Shown: piece after piece, positions 1 through 13,245 of the stretch
Layout: each line of letters starts with the position of its first letter
Position numbering within the stretch: the first letter of the stretch is position 1
NCBI GenBank assembly: GCA_051294375.1
Contig: JBJCIZ010000033.1
Location: 1 to 53,087 of the forward strand
DNA: 53,087 bases
Source of the DNA: Paraspadella gotoi
Lineage: Eukaryota; Animalia; Chaetognatha
Direction of reading: 5' to 3'
The notes under the pieces: generated by a model
What the model was told of the DNA's origin: nothing
Databases searched by the model: none
The model's input: only the letters and a program-made list of their open reading frames with translations
Program-made: the position numbers and the translations under genes

Positions 1-142
1 TCGTTTTTTTCCTAAATGCAACGTTTGTATGCGGAACCTCCTACGCTCTCACTCTTTCACTCTCTTACTCTCTCACTTCTACGCTCTCACCCTCTCACTC
101 CTTCGCTCTCACCCTTTCACTCCTCCGCTCGAAAGCTCCATC

Positions 143-250
143 TCACGTGAGGTCGAGGAAAAAAAACAGGATTCAAAACGACGCCTTTTTTTTTTGGAAA
201 CCGGAAATTAAAAATTGATTCGGAAGAGAAATCCAAAAATGGCGGCCGAA
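143..250 (+). promoter_or_regulatory. Housekeeping-type promoter motif cluster (E-box, ETS, YY1), possibly with a start codon at 239
   Basis: TCACGTGA at 143-150, CCGGAAAT at 201-208, CGGAAG at 221-226 and AAAATGGCGGC at 236-246. No downstream exon could be linked. Confidence 0.3.
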
Positions 251-306
251 GACTTTAAACCGAATTTTTCTGGCTGTTTTTTTTTATATTTGTTTTTTTT
301 GTTTGG

Positions 307-469
<163 letters not shown>

Positions 470-690
470 TCCTAAACATCATATGTTTTATCAGACTCTA
501 GATTAGGATTTAATCAAGGCTTCAGCTGGCGTCGCTCGGGCCGGTCTTTTCGACGCCGCTCGACCCCGCCCGACGCCGCCACACTCCCTTCGACTCAGCT
601 CAGCTCGACGCCGCCTTATGCTCAGGACGCGACTCGAGTTGTGCCATGTTCGACGCCCGACCCTCAATCCGTCGTCGTCGCTTCATCGAC

Positions 691-905
691 GGATGTAACA
701 GGTGCTGAGCCTTAGGGATGTAGCAGGTGCTGAGCCTTAGGGATGTAACAGGTGCTGAGCCTTAGGGATGTAGCAGGGGCTGAGCCTTAGGAATGTAACA
801 GATGCTGAACCTTAGGGATGTAGCAGGTGCTGAGCCTTAGGGATGTAGCAGGTGCTGAGCTTTAGGGATGTAGCAGGTGCTGAGTCTTACGGGTGCTGTG
901 CCTTA
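691..905. repeat. 25-bp minisatellite, ~8.5 copies (GGATGTARCAGGTGCTGAGCCTTAG)
   Basis: Head-to-tail units start at 691, 716, 741, 766, 791, 816, 841 and 866, with a partial unit at 891; no spacers. Confidence 0.95.
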
Positions 906-1492
906 TTCTGACTGGTGGATTGTATTTTCGGAAAAGGCATAATAACTGCATTTTAGATTACCGCTTTAAATTTTCAACTTTTTTTTCTTTTTTTTTACTA
1001 TTTTGTGAATTCATGAAAACTGTTAAAATAATTAACTTGATAAAAAGAGTGAATATATTTTGCTTAACCCAACGCCCATTTCGTGCCATCCTATCAAAAA
1101 TTAACAAACTTAACAGTTTTCTTTGATGTTTATTTTTTTTATCCACCTATCTATCACAAATACTATAATATCATTCATTTATTCCATCTTTTGTACTTTT
1201 CTGCTTTATTACACAACAGCTGCTTTTCCGTTTCTTAGAATCGCAGTCGGAACTATGAAGATTACCACCCTCTCTCTCTCTCTCTCTCTCTCTTCTCCAG
1301 TCCCAACAATGGAGAAACCGACAGAAGACCGATCACACCAAAGAATATAGAAAGTCGTTGACGTATAAAGAAAGTAGGAGGGAGAGAGAGAGAGGGAGAG
1401 AGAGAGGGGGGCGAGAGAGAGTGAGAGAGAGATAGGTAGATAGAAAGAGAGAGGAGAGACCACATGAACTTCTTTGTGCTTTTCTTTTATAC

Positions 1493-1832
1493 TTTTTATT
1501 CGCGCCGCGAGTCACTTTTCGGTCGGTCTGTTGGTCGATCGGTCGGCATGTCTGTCGGTCGGTCTGTCCCACTTACGTTAAAAATGCATATAATTTGCCT
1601 ATAGTTGATTTCTCATTTGTTAAGACCAAAAAAAACCTAAAATCTAAGGGACTGCTAGCGCAGGAAGTCCTAAAACTAGAAGGAATAAAAGACGGAATTT
1701 TGATGCAGTTCATGTCATACACGTCTAAGAAAGTTAATAAATTATTGTATCCATGTATTCATGTAATGTCATGAAATATATGTGATAAGAAAATACACTT
1801 CGACGCAACACGTTTGAATTACCTTTCTTGTT
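1493..1832 (+). mobile_element. Degenerate Helentron-associated (HINE/DINE-1-like) non-autonomous element
   Basis: T-run + TCGCG..CGCGA small palindrome, (GTCN)n tract at 1519-1570, GCCTATAGTTG shared with 13435-13445, ends in CTTGTT. Right boundary uncertain. Confidence 0.4.
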
Positions 1833-1954
1833 TCTTGACTTTGTTATTTCATTATTCCTTTTTTTTATTTTCTTTTAGTCTTCTTTCTTACCTTTTTTTT
1901 CTGTTTTCTTTCCCGTTTTCCTTTTTTTCTTGCTTTCTTTCTTGCTTTCTTTCT

Positions 1955-2258
1955 NNNNNNNNNNNNNNNNNNNNNNNNNNNNNNNNNNNNNNNNNNNNNN
2001 NNNNNNNNNNNNNNNNNNNNNNNNNNNNNNNNNNNNNNNNNNNNNNNNNNNNNNNNNNNNNNNNNNNNNNNNNNNNNNNNNNNNNNNNNNNNNNNNNNNN
2101 NNNNNNNNNNNNNNNNNNNNNNNNNNNNNNNNNNNNNNNNNNNNNNNNNNNNNNNNNNNNNNNNNNNNNNNNNNNNNNNNNNNNNNNNNNNNNNNNNNNN
2201 NNNNNNNNNNNNNNNNNNNNNNNNNNNNNNNNNNNNNNNNNNNNNNNNNNNNNNNNNN
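1955..2258. other. Assembly gap
   Basis: Run of N. Confidence 1.
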
Positions 2259-2871
2259 TCATTATTCACATCTTTCCTTTTTTCGCTTAAAAGAGTCGAC
2301 GCTATCGTCATTTTTTTTATTGTTGTTGTTTTTTGTTGGTTTTTTTTTTGGTTTTTTTTTTTTTCTATTTTGGGAAAACCGCGAAACCAGATTGATTTTA
2401 TATATCGAATCTCGTTTCAGTAAGAAACAATACAAGTTTATTTTTGGGTATATTATCTAATCTTTGCAATGCGTTTCAGTTGAAACATTTCTCTGATTGA
2501 TATTTCTTTAATAAAAATAATACAAAAAAAGTATGTTAATCTTTCCGAAAAATTGTTTAACTAAAAAGAAACGAAAATATGGATTTCGTTTGGAAATTTA
2601 TACGTAATACTTTATGAACTTCCGATACATGCGTTTATTTCTAATTCAAAATAGTTGATTTAGTGCATACATAAAGAATAAAGATTAAACTAAAGAATGA
2701 CTATAGACAAAATTGGTAGCGTTGAAACTATCAATGAGAGTCAATTTCTATCTTTGATTTTTCAAAAAATATATTTTTTATTTTTTTAAATTTTTTTTGA
2801 AATATTTATCTTTCAGCTGCCAAGACTCGATAATTAAATTCCAGTTTTTTCTGCGCCTCGTCCTTCATATC

Positions 2872-2956
<85 letters not shown>

Positions 2957-3201
2957 TTCTTCACTAGTGCCTTTCACTCTGGTTTTTTTCTAAACCATTT
3001 GTCTTTGGTTTCTCTCACACAATCTTATGCACATTCCATTCACTTCACGATTTAAGTTTTTATAATGAGGACTTTTTTGTTCTCCGTCATTTTTTATCGG
3101 AAGGGACGTTTTGTATGGATGAATGGATGAACGAATAGATGGATGAATGGACGAATGGATCAACTCTGTATGGAAATGGGGGTTGATAAAAAATAGAAGA
3201 G

Positions 3202-3335
3202 ATTTATTTATTTATTAATTTTTATTTATTTATTTATTAATTTTTATTTATTTTTTTATTTATTTATTTATTAATTTATTTATTTATCTATTTATTTATT
3301 TATATATTTATTTATTTATATATTTATTTATCTAT

Positions 3336-3407
<72 letters not shown>

Positions 3408-3445
3408 TTATTTATTTATTTTTTTTATTTATTTATTCACTTATT
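3202..3445. repeat. Imperfect (TTTA)n microsatellite
   Basis: Visible directly. Confidence 0.95.
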
Positions 3446-4559
3446 CATTCCTTCAACTATTCATTCATTCATTTAGTCAGCACAGCTTTGCCAATTTACG
3501 ATACTTTCTATTTGCCCCCTAAGAAATTTAACAGTATCCGGTATTATTAAAGATTAGACCTCCCCAGTATCAAAAAATTGACTCCCAAGTTCTCACTCGG
3601 TTCGGTTTCCCGTTATTTATAAACATTAGATAAGTTTTAACTCAAATCTGGAAAAAAAGTGTGACCGCGCGTATCAACCCAATAAAGCGTCAAAGTCAAT
3701 TAGCCGCAATTCTTCCTGTAGTAAATTTTTTTTATAAAAATTTGTCCCTATTGTTAATTTTTTAATTCAATAATTTGCTAACAATGATTCAAGAACTAAA
3801 GTAACTATTTAAAAAATATAAGTTTTAAAACAAGGCATCTGTATAAACCGGATGATAAGGTAAAAATACAACCGGAAGTAATGTAAAAATAACGGAAGTA
3901 AGGGAAAAATACCGGAAAGTAATAGTATTAAAATAACCTTTCCTAGAAAAAGGTACAATTTTGACCAAGGCAATTGAAAGAACTAAAAGAGCTTATGCCT
4001 ATATATAGAGAGGCAGAGAGATACAGTAACAGTTAATATATATAATATATATATATGTATATATACAAATATATATTATGCATAAGATATAACATAAGAA
4101 TTCTTTGATTTATCAAATATTTTTAACGTCGCTCTCTTATTGGTCAGTCCTTATGACTGTTCTTACCCAAAGGTATAAAAGAGACGTTCTTACCTAAAAC
4201 TATGAGGATAACTTACCAATGATTCGTGACAGTCGGTAAGCATTTAAAATGTTATATTTGCAATTTATGATTAAGTTTAAAAGTGATTATTTTTTAATAA
4301 TTTTTTATTTTTTATGTTGAGAAATAGTCTCCCTTCGACTTGCTACATGATTCATGTCTCACGCCCATTTTATCTACTACAATAAATTAAAAAAACTGTT
4401 CTTCCTAAAAATTAACAAACGCAACGAAAAAGGAAAAATTATACAATGTCTACCAATCAAATAAATATTACTTAATTTATATTCTTCAAATTTTTATGAA
4501 TAAATACCAAGTGAGAATATACTAGCTTGCTCATGGCGTTACGCGTAAAATCCTCAATA

Positions 4560-4930
4560 GACATGTTTCAATTCTGTGGTTGCGAGAGAGAGAGAGAGAA
4601 AGAGAGATATACAGAGATATACAAACTGCCGGACCAGTACATATCGAGTTAATGCTGTTTGAATCAGGGATAAATTCGTTGGAGAAAATACTACACAAAT
4701 GTCCATTGAGCCGCTGCACCTGCCAAGAGCCCTCTTCTTACCTTGGGCAGTCATCCGTTGTGGCTTCTTTTGTAACAGGAGTGACGGACTCCTCTTCCTC
4801 TATCTAAAGTATTCTTTTTGAGGGACGCCCCGTTCGTGGAGAGACGAACTAAGCCTGCTTCAGTAGGGTTGACCTTATTTTGCTTCCCTTAACTCTGTCT
4901 CATCTCTTCTTACGCCCCATCCACTCCATT
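4560..4930 (-). mobile_element. Inverted fragment of a Penelope-like element
   Basis: Minus strand reads GAGGAGTCCGTCACTCCTGTTACAAAAG, matching 28529-28558 of the Penelope-like copy; GAAACATGTC hammerhead half on the minus strand near 4560-4569. Confidence 0.5.
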
Positions 4931-4934
4931 CTCA

Positions 4935-5157
4935 TGTTCTTTGTTGGAAACTGTTATCTCTCTCTCTCTCTCCCTCTCTCTCTTTCTCTCTCTCTATCTG
5001 TTTTTCTCCATCAAATATTTGGTAAAAATAGTAATTTTAGTTTTGGTTGATGAAGACTCACAAACATAAGATCTGAAACATGTCTGGTGTTTGAAACCCA
5101 AAAAATTGTTTGTTTGTAAACAATATAAATAATAAAAACTTTTGTTTTCCTTAAATT
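4935..5157 (+). mobile_element. 3' end (pLTR) of a Penelope-like element with degenerate hammerhead
   Basis: TTTGTTGGAAA-(CT)n-CTCTATCT matches 29143-29190; TTGATGA (5047-5053)...GAAACATGTC (5075-5084), then AATAAA and an AAACTTTTG tail like 29280-29320. Confidence 0.6.
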
Positions 5158-6219
5158 TCAAACGCAGTGAAAGGAAAGTCAAAATACAATTATTATTATT
5201 TTATATGAATGTTATTATTGATTTATGTATTTTATGATACTGTTCCCCCAAACAATATGAGCAAAAAATATTTTTTGTATTCGATAATCATGCCTATCTC
5301 ACGTCTAAATATCCTTGTTTGTTTACTGAAATACCAATTTTTTTGCCCAAGAAGCTCCAATTCTAATAAAGACAGCTTCTCAGTCATATGTCAATTTAAA
5401 CCATTATTTTCTAATTATTATTTCCAATTTTTTAAATTATTTATTTTACCATTAGTATTATTATTATTATTATTTTAAATTATTTCTAATATATATTTTT
5501 TAATGAACAAAAATTAGTATGATGGTCATTGAAGTTCGTCTTTTTTCAAGAGAAAAAACTAAATTTTATAAAAATCATTGAGAATTTGACCTTTTTTCCA
5601 TCGATGCCCCCTTGCTGGCGGCACCTGGAAGCAGCGAACTAAAACAATAATTAATAATATTTAATCAATAAGCAATAATTTGTTAGATTATCAGAATAAT
5701 AAAATATAATGAAAATCTTACTTTTCGTTGCATTTAAAATTAAATTTCATTAAAATTGGAACAATTAAAACATACTAAAGCCTTACTTCCGGTTAAGGCC
5801 ACGCCCCATCATAACAAGATATTTTTAAAATTTAATAAAAAAAAAAAGGAGAAGAAGCTATTGGTGTTTTTAACTAATATTGTTGAAAAATCCTTATGTT
5901 ATAGCATATTAAACATCTTTCTTTAAAAATTAATATCATTTCGCGCTATATTTTTTTTCATCAGTACTTATTCACTTTGACGCTCTATTGGGTTTATTAG
6001 CAAAAACATTTTCTTGCTCAAACAGGCTTTTAAAATGAATTTAAGATAAGAAAGATAATGGGAAACCGGCCGCAGTGAGAACTTAGTATGGGGTTTTTTT
6101 AGGCGTGGGGAACTTCTATAAAGATATTAAAACACCTTTTTTAAAAATATGTAGCGAAATCGACTTTGCGAGTATCAGATTTTTCGGTAAAATCATTTTT
6201 TTTCATTTTTTATTTCAAT

Positions 6220-6960
6220 TTTTTATCGAGCCATGAACCGGCGAAGCCGGTTCAGGCCTCTATAATGATTTAGGTGTGCTTCTTTGTGACGTAGTCGTCG
6301 TCGTCGTCCGGCGTCGTCGTCGTCGGCGTCACCGCTGTTTTTATATAAAAACTACTACGCTTTTTATAGTTTGGCTGTAACTTACCGTTTTTTTTTTTAA
6401 AAATAAAAAATTATTATGAATTATTGAATAAAGTTTTACAAAAGTGGTTGGCGATCATAGTAAGTTAAAATTTAGATATGGCTTTTCAATCTTGAAATAG
6501 CTGTGCATATTTTCATATTACATTTGATTTAAGTATTTTTTGTATTTGAAAATTCACTTCATATAGATTTACTTGCAATATGCAAATGAGAATAAAGTAC
6601 TCATTATAACAATCTAAAGTGTAGTATAGTAGAAATGCTTTAATCTATTTACATATTGGCAGTATATAATATTAGAGACTGTTTTTTTTTAAATATAATA
6701 AAAGGGAACTCAAAATATCTTTTTAATGAGAAGCTATATCTTAATATTATACAATAAAATAAAATCTTTTAAAGCTGGCGATTGGAAAAAATTGGAAAAA
6801 TTTCCAATTGTAAACAATTGTAACATATTTTTGCCTTTCTATTTATTTCATTAAATACATATATATTTTTTCTTTTTGAACGTTCTTGACGTTATATTTT
6901 ATAGTTTCTTATGATTTAGTTCATAAACATTTTATTTATGAGTCATTTAAACGTTAAGTG

Positions 6961-6993
<33 letters not shown>

Positions 6994-7200
6994 CTGTGAT
7001 TCTTAATAGTTTAGTTTTACCTTGTTTAACTGCTTTCTAGTTTTTTACCACTGGGATACTGTTTTTTGAATTTTTTCAAATACCTGTTTTGCGCGTATTA
7101 ATAAAAAAAAAACAAAAAAAAAAAAATTTTTAGAGAAAAACGAGTTCAAGTCTCATGGCCGCAATGTAAGCATGTACAGCGGCCTTCCCAGCAGCTGTTC
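6220..7200 (+). mobile_element. Helentron-associated (HINE-like) non-autonomous element
   Basis: T-run + CGAGCCATGA, hairpin TGAACCGGC-GAA-GCCGGTTCA (6234-6254), (GTC)n tract 6295-6330, matching 3' subterminal inverted repeat TCATGGCCG at 7153-7161. Confidence 0.55.
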
Positions 7201-10200
7201 CAGCCTTTGGTTTCTCATCTGTCTGTCTCTCTGTGTCTCTTCTTTGAACTCTCTCTCTCCTGTGTGTACATGTATTTTTTTGGGAACGTATCGTCTTATT
7301 TATTTTTGAAAAAAAGTTCTGAATTTGATGTCTATTTTCTTTCTAAAAACATGTTTATATTATCACAATTTTATCCCAAATTTACATGCCCCGAGATTTC
7401 GTGGATTTATTTTAGAAAAAGTGGAAGAATAACTCAATACGTCAGAAAATTATACGGCTTCTCCTCGCATTTCTCTCCGTCTTCTAACATGATTGTTAAT
7501 TAAAGAAAAAAATATATAATAAGCAAATAGCCAACATATTTAATAGCAGATTGTACATTGGCCAATGAGGAAATCTTTCATACTCTGTCCATGTTGTTTG
7601 AGCGAAAAACTTAAATTGTTTGTCACATTTGAATATGGCCGGATTGTATGCTTATATGCCGATCATTTTTAAGCTGGCCTATTTTTGCCAGGTTTATGGT
7701 TTAAACTACCAAACAATTGTATTCTAGTTATCAGAGTTCCATTAGTGAGGCAGTGATCGAATTTGAAATTGTGTGTCCATTTTGCCCCTTTGTTTGCATA
7801 TCGGATCAAGTAATTTTTGTTTGATTTCCACCTTCAATTATAATTTACTGCAAGTATGCTAAATTAGGATTATAGTACTGAATTACTGGCCAATCATTCA
7901 AATTAGTATATCATTGTAACCTTATATTTTATTTGGGCGGACGAGTAAAGCCGAAGTTCCGGCTATGGCAGCCGGTGCTGTTCCAGCTTCTCTCTCTCTT
8001 CTCCTCTCCCTCTCCCTTCTCCTCTCTCTCTTCCTCTCTCCGCCTCTCTCATTTTTCTTGTCTCTTTTTCTTCTTTTACCGATCCTCTTTGCGTGATTCC
8101 GGTATCGTTTTTTGGAAAAAATTCTGATTATTTTTTTCCCTTTCTAAAAACTTTTTATTTCGCCATTTATCTCCGCGCTTTTTTTTTTTCAATACAAATA
8201 CCCATGTTTTTATAGTCTGAGAATTTTTCGTGGGGATGTTTTTTTGAGAAAGATGTGAAGAATTAACTTACATGACGGGTTAACGTTGGTATGAATAGGA
8301 TCAACTTGAACCGAGATCACGCCGCCGTGCGCGAGCAACGGGATAACCGATAATAATTGTGGAAAGAAATTGCCGGGGGTTTTTCTTTTTATTTTTTTCT
8401 TTCTCTCTCTGTCTCTCTCTTGATTATTTTTTTCCCTTGCAAAACTTTATTATCACGGGCATTTATTCGCGGCGCTTTTTGTTTCTCTTTACCCAGGGAT
8501 TTCCGTGGCCGGTTGGCGAAAGCAGCAGAGTAAGCCAATGGTCAAGGAAACAATGAACCTAAATAAGCGATAACGGCGTATTATTATTTTAATTAGTTTT
8601 GGAAAAGTCCAAAAAATATCATAGTCCGTAACGATGAGTATTTTCAACTAATATAGTTTTTTGTTGTTTAATAGATGAGGCGGATTATAATTTTTTCAAT
8701 GTGACAAAAAAATTTCTTATAATGGCTTCTTTTTCTCTCTCCGATCTCTCTTTCGCTCTTCTTGCCTCTACGGACTCTCGTCTCGTTGCTTTCTCTCTCA
8801 GAGTGGCCTCTCTCTGCTCTCTCGTCTCATCTCTTCTCTCTCTCTCTCTCTCTCGGTCCTCTATCTCTTCTTTTTTTTCCTTCTAATACTTTTATTATCG
8901 CCATTTAATTCCGCGTTTTTACTGGCAATACAAAATCCCAAAATTTTACATCGCGAGATTTTCGTGGATGGTCCAGCCTCTCTCTCCTCTCTCGTCCAGA
9001 GTCTCTCTCTCTATTCACTTCCATGACACGCCCATTTGTTTGTTTTATTTAACGATGAATGATTCCATCGCGTCAGTGAATTACCTATCATAGAACCATC
9101 AGAAGTGACTATCATCGCGGTATCAATGGAAATGATTATCATCATATCAAAAAGGAAATATGGACTAAAAGTCATAGCCAAAAAATCATTTGGAAAATTT
9201 ATCGGGAATCCACAAGCGCTTATCAGTACAATTTGTTTGTTTAGTCAGTTGCGGCATCAATTATTGGTTATCAAATACAGCGTCAGATATTATGGGTTAT
9301 TCATACGGCAATCAATATTTGGTCTGAGCCCATCGAAGAAGCGGGGGCTCGATCCCCCGCTATTGGCTTTTAAAGATTTTTTTTTCCATCTATTTAACTT
9401 TTCCTTCCTACTAGGAGGGTCTGTCTCTTACTTTCTCTACAATGAACTTTTTCCCTTTACTTACTATAGAAGTCTGCTCTTCTCTCTGCATAGATCTTCA
9501 CTTGTCTCTGCTCTTCAACAAAATAACAAATTTTTACATGTTTTAGTATTAATAAACCAGATGGCTGCACAAACAAAAGAGCATTTATAAAAACAAAATA
9601 GCAATAAAATTTAGTTTAAGTATGTCTATCAGAGATTTTAACCTTTTTACTTAAACAAAGGATCAGTCTTATTAAATTTTCTTTATGTTTTCACCTTATT
9701 CTACTAGAGAGCTCTACAAAGAAGGAAACTTTTTGTAACATAAAGGAACATTCAAAATGTTAGTTGCACCCACTAGATCTTCGCCTGCATCTGCTCTTCA
9801 ACAAAATAGCATTGTTTTTTTTAAATTTTTATTATCTTAAATCTTTTCAAAATTTCTTTTGGATATTTTTAACAAGTATATTTTTCTTATTCTATTTTAT
9901 TTTATTATATTTCTTATTCTATGTCTTGATCAAAGCATTTTAATCATATATCAAATATCGAAACAAAAAAAAATATTGTTTTGGTTCATAAAATATTTAA
10001 GTACCAAAATGGCAATAGTGCCGCAGTAACAGTTCAGTTTAACCCCTTGAAATGATTTACATGTTTTGGCTCAGCCACTGGTTTACCTCTGTCTCTGAAT
10101 CACTTCAAATCCTCGACTTTAAAATTATTTTTGTCGTTTTTCTGTTTTTCTCTATCTTTTTCTATTTTTAGTATTTTATTTTTATCCTTCTTTTTTTTTC

Positions 10201-10788
10201 TTTTCTTCTCTATTTTTTTCTTTTCCTTTTTCGAAAATGAAAGTTTAACCGCAAAAGTGTCCGATATAATTTTTTTTTAAATGTGCAAATTGCTATTTGT
10301 CTGTTCCATCTTTTAACAATGGAGTAAATATCGTTTAGGTTCCCCAGGTCTTCGGAGCTGCAGTCTGGGTAGACCGCCTTTAGCTACTTTAGCAAAATCC
10401 AACCTTTAAGAACCTATATATTATGAATGGTTTACTTAAATCTAATTAATTCATAATTAACAATTGTTTTTTATTCATGAAAGAAGTTGATTTCGTACAA
10501 TTTTTCCAGACAATAGTATCTTAAAAGTATTTACTGTATTTTAATTCTCTCTCTCTCTCTCTCTCTCTCTCATCTCTCTCGTCTCTCTCTCTCTCTTCGG
10601 TTCCATCTTTAGTTCCACTTTAGTTCCATTTTGGTTCCATTTTAGTCTAAATTCTCCTTCGCTTTTGTGATTCGCTTCCATTTTCTTGCCCAATTTTCTT
10701 TTTCTCTCTCTTTTCTTTCTTTTCGCGTTTTCTCGCTTTTACAACCTCATTTCCATTTGTTTTTTCGGCCTTATTTTCTTTTCTTTCA

Positions 10789-10839
<51 letters not shown>

Positions 10840-11184
10840 TTTCTTTCCTTACTTTTCTCCCACTTTCCTTTTTCCTTCGTTATGATATCTTTGTCTTTCC
10901 TTATTTCTTCATTTTCATTCTCCTTTTCTTTTCTTCTTCTTCTCTTTCCTCTCTTTTCTTCTCCCTTTGTTCCTTTTCTATTTCGTTTTTTTTATCCTTT
11001 TCATTCTCATTTCCTTTTTTCCTTTTCTCCCTTTCCTTTCCTTCCTTTTCTTTCCTCCCTCAGTCTCTCGAGAATCTTTTGTTTTCGTCTCTCATCATTT
11101 TTCTCTTGATCTGCGGACTTTTTTTTTCTTTGCTCTGTTTACGCGGACCGTCTGTCCGACTGTTTCTTACCTGTCTCAATCTCA

Positions 11185-11218
<34 letters not shown>

Positions 11219-11272
11219 CTCTTCTCTCCTTTCTCTCTCTCTCTCTCTCATTCTCTCCTCTCTCTCATCTCT

Positions 11273-11303
<31 letters not shown>

Positions 11304-11363
11304 TCCATTTTTCACTCTCCAGATATTAACTTTCGAAAAAACTCAACAAATTTGCTGGGGACT

Positions 11364-11648
11364 CTCTCCATCCAGGGTCAAAATAGTCACAACAGCGCAC
11401 CATCACTAAAAGATAAATTGAAATCATCGTTCGTCATCGCTCTATTTTTACTGATTCACAGATTCACACATCACGATTCACAGACTAACAGATTTCACTG
11501 ATTCCACAGATTCACAGATTCTCTTTCACCTGATTCAGCAGATTCCACTTATTCCTCTCTCTCTCTCTCTTCTCTCTCTCTTCTCTCTCTCTCTCTCCTT
11601 CCTCTTCTCTCTCTCTCTCTCTCTCTCTCTTTCTCATCTCTCTCCCCC

Positions 11649-11695
<47 letters not shown>

Positions 11696-12020
11696 ACTTT
11701 CTCCCGTCCCCCTCTTCTCTAACTCCTCCCTCTCTCTCTCTCCTCCTTCTCTCATCACTTTCTCTCGCTCTCTCCTCCTCTCTCCTCCTCTCTCTCTCTC
11801 TCTGANNNNNNNNNNNNNNNNNNNNNNNNNCTCTCCATCAGGGTCAAAATAGTCACAACAGCGACAACATCACTAAAGATAAAAAGTTGAATCATCGATT
11901 CGTCATCGCTTCTATTTTACTGATTCACAGATTCACAGCATCACTGATTCACAGACTAACAGATTCACTGATTCACAGATTCACAGATTCTCTTTCACTG
12001 ATTCACAGATTCACTTATTC
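11364..12020. repeat. Direct duplication across a 25-N gap, containing a 16-bp ACTGATTCACAGATTC tandem repeat
   Basis: 11364-11553 matches 11831-12020 with indels; gap at 11806-11830. Confidence 0.85.
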
Positions 12021-12026
12021 CCTTGT

Positions 12027-12058
<32 letters not shown>

Positions 12059-12164
12059 TCCTCTTCTCTCTCTCTCTCTCCTCTCTCTCCCCTTTCACTC
12101 TCTTAATCTGCCCCTCCCTTCCCCTCATTGCCCTTTCTTTTCTTCTTTCCTCTCTCCTCTCTCC

Positions 12165-12195
<31 letters not shown>

Positions 12196-12250
12196 CTCAT
12201 CTCATCGTTCCTTCTTCCTTCCTCCTTTCTCTCGTCGCTCTGCTGACTAT

Positions 12251-12845
12251 NNNNNNNNNNNNNNNNNNNNNNNNNNNNNNNNNNNNNNNNNNNNNNNNNN
12301 NNNNNNNNNNNNNNNNNNNNNNNNNNNNNNNNNNNNNNNNNNNNNNNNNNNNNNNNNNNNNNNNNNNNNNNNNNNNNNNNNNNNNNNNNNNNNNNNNNNN
12401 NNNNNNNNNNNNNNNNNNNNNNNNNNNNNNNNNNNNNNNNNNNNNNNNNNNNNNNNNNNNNNNNNNNNNNNNNNNNNNNNNNNNNNNNNNNNNNNNNNNN
12501 NNNNNNNNNNNNNNNNNNNNNNNNNNNNNNNNNNNNNNNNNNNNNNNNNNNNNNNNNNNNNNNNNNNNNNNNNNNNNNNNNNNNNNNNNNNNNNNNNNNN
12601 NNNNNNNNNNNNNNNNNNNNNNNNNNNNNNNNNNNNNNNNNNNNNNNNNNNNNNNNNNNNNNNNNNNNNNNNNNNNNNNNNNNNNNNNNNNNNNNNNNNN
12701 NNNNNNNNNNNNNNNNNNNNNNNNNNNNNNNNNNNNNNNNNNNNNNNNNNNNNNNNNNNNNNNNNNNNNNNNNNNNNNNNNNNNNNNNNNNNNNNNNNNN
12801 NNNNNNNNNNNNNNNNNNNNNNNNNNNNNNNNNNNNNNNNNNNNN
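12251..12845. other. Assembly gap
   Basis: Run of N. Confidence 1.
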
Positions 12846-13029
12846 CCTATTCCCGCTTCTCGCAGGCGTCATGGCCACGCCCCATTCTTCGTCTTCTTCT
12901 CTTTCCCCGTCAGATGGAATCTCCGCTCGGTTCCACGTTTTTTTGGAACGTCGTCGTCGTCGTCGTCGTCGTCATCGTCATCGACATCGTCATTGTCGTC
13001 GTCATCGTCGTCGTGCATGAAAGTTTAAT

Positions 13030-13245
13030 GTAAGCGTGACAGCGTGCCGCATTGAGTGAGAGAGCGTGACAGCCAGTCAGTTCGAATGGCGTATCAGAGG
13101 GAAAGCACGTGACAGCCTATCAGTTGGACTGAGTAACAGAGTGTATAGCGTGACAGCGGCTGACAGTCTGCCAGATTAATGAGTTAACAGAGTTAAAGAC
13201 GGTAACAGCCCGGCGTAACATATTGAAAAAACACCGTGACAGTTT
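13030..13245. repeat. Degenerate ~40-bp tandem repeat built on GTGACAGC
   Basis: Recurring GCGTGACAGC / CAGTT / TAACAGAG blocks. Confidence 0.55.

Larger units (their letters stand above)
3540..6130. mobile_element. Old long-inverted-repeat (foldback-type) DNA transposon relic
   Basis: Collinear inverted matches: AAGTTCTCACT.CGG..GGTTTCCC (3587-3611 vs ~6060-6085), AACCCAATA.AGCGTCAAAGT (3676-3696 vs ~5974-5994), ACCGGAAGTAA (3871-3881 vs ~5783-5793). Exact ends not resolved. Confidence 0.5.

Noticed and set aside
691-905. CRISPR-like array of 25-bp repeats
   Set aside because: Units are contiguous with no unique spacers, no cas genes, and the context is eukaryotic.
9340-9361. GC hairpin AGCGGGGG-CTCGAT-CCCCCGCT as a Helitron end or terminator
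   Set aside because: No CTRR terminus at the expected distance and no matching 5' end found.
10331-10400. tRNA-like fragment on the minus strand
   Set aside because: Only a vague D-loop resemblance; no B box or cloverleaf.
10686-11501. 271-aa hydrophobic ORF and other SL, ER and FIYL ORFs
   Set aside because: Pyrimidine or purine microsatellite tracts lack stop codons by composition.
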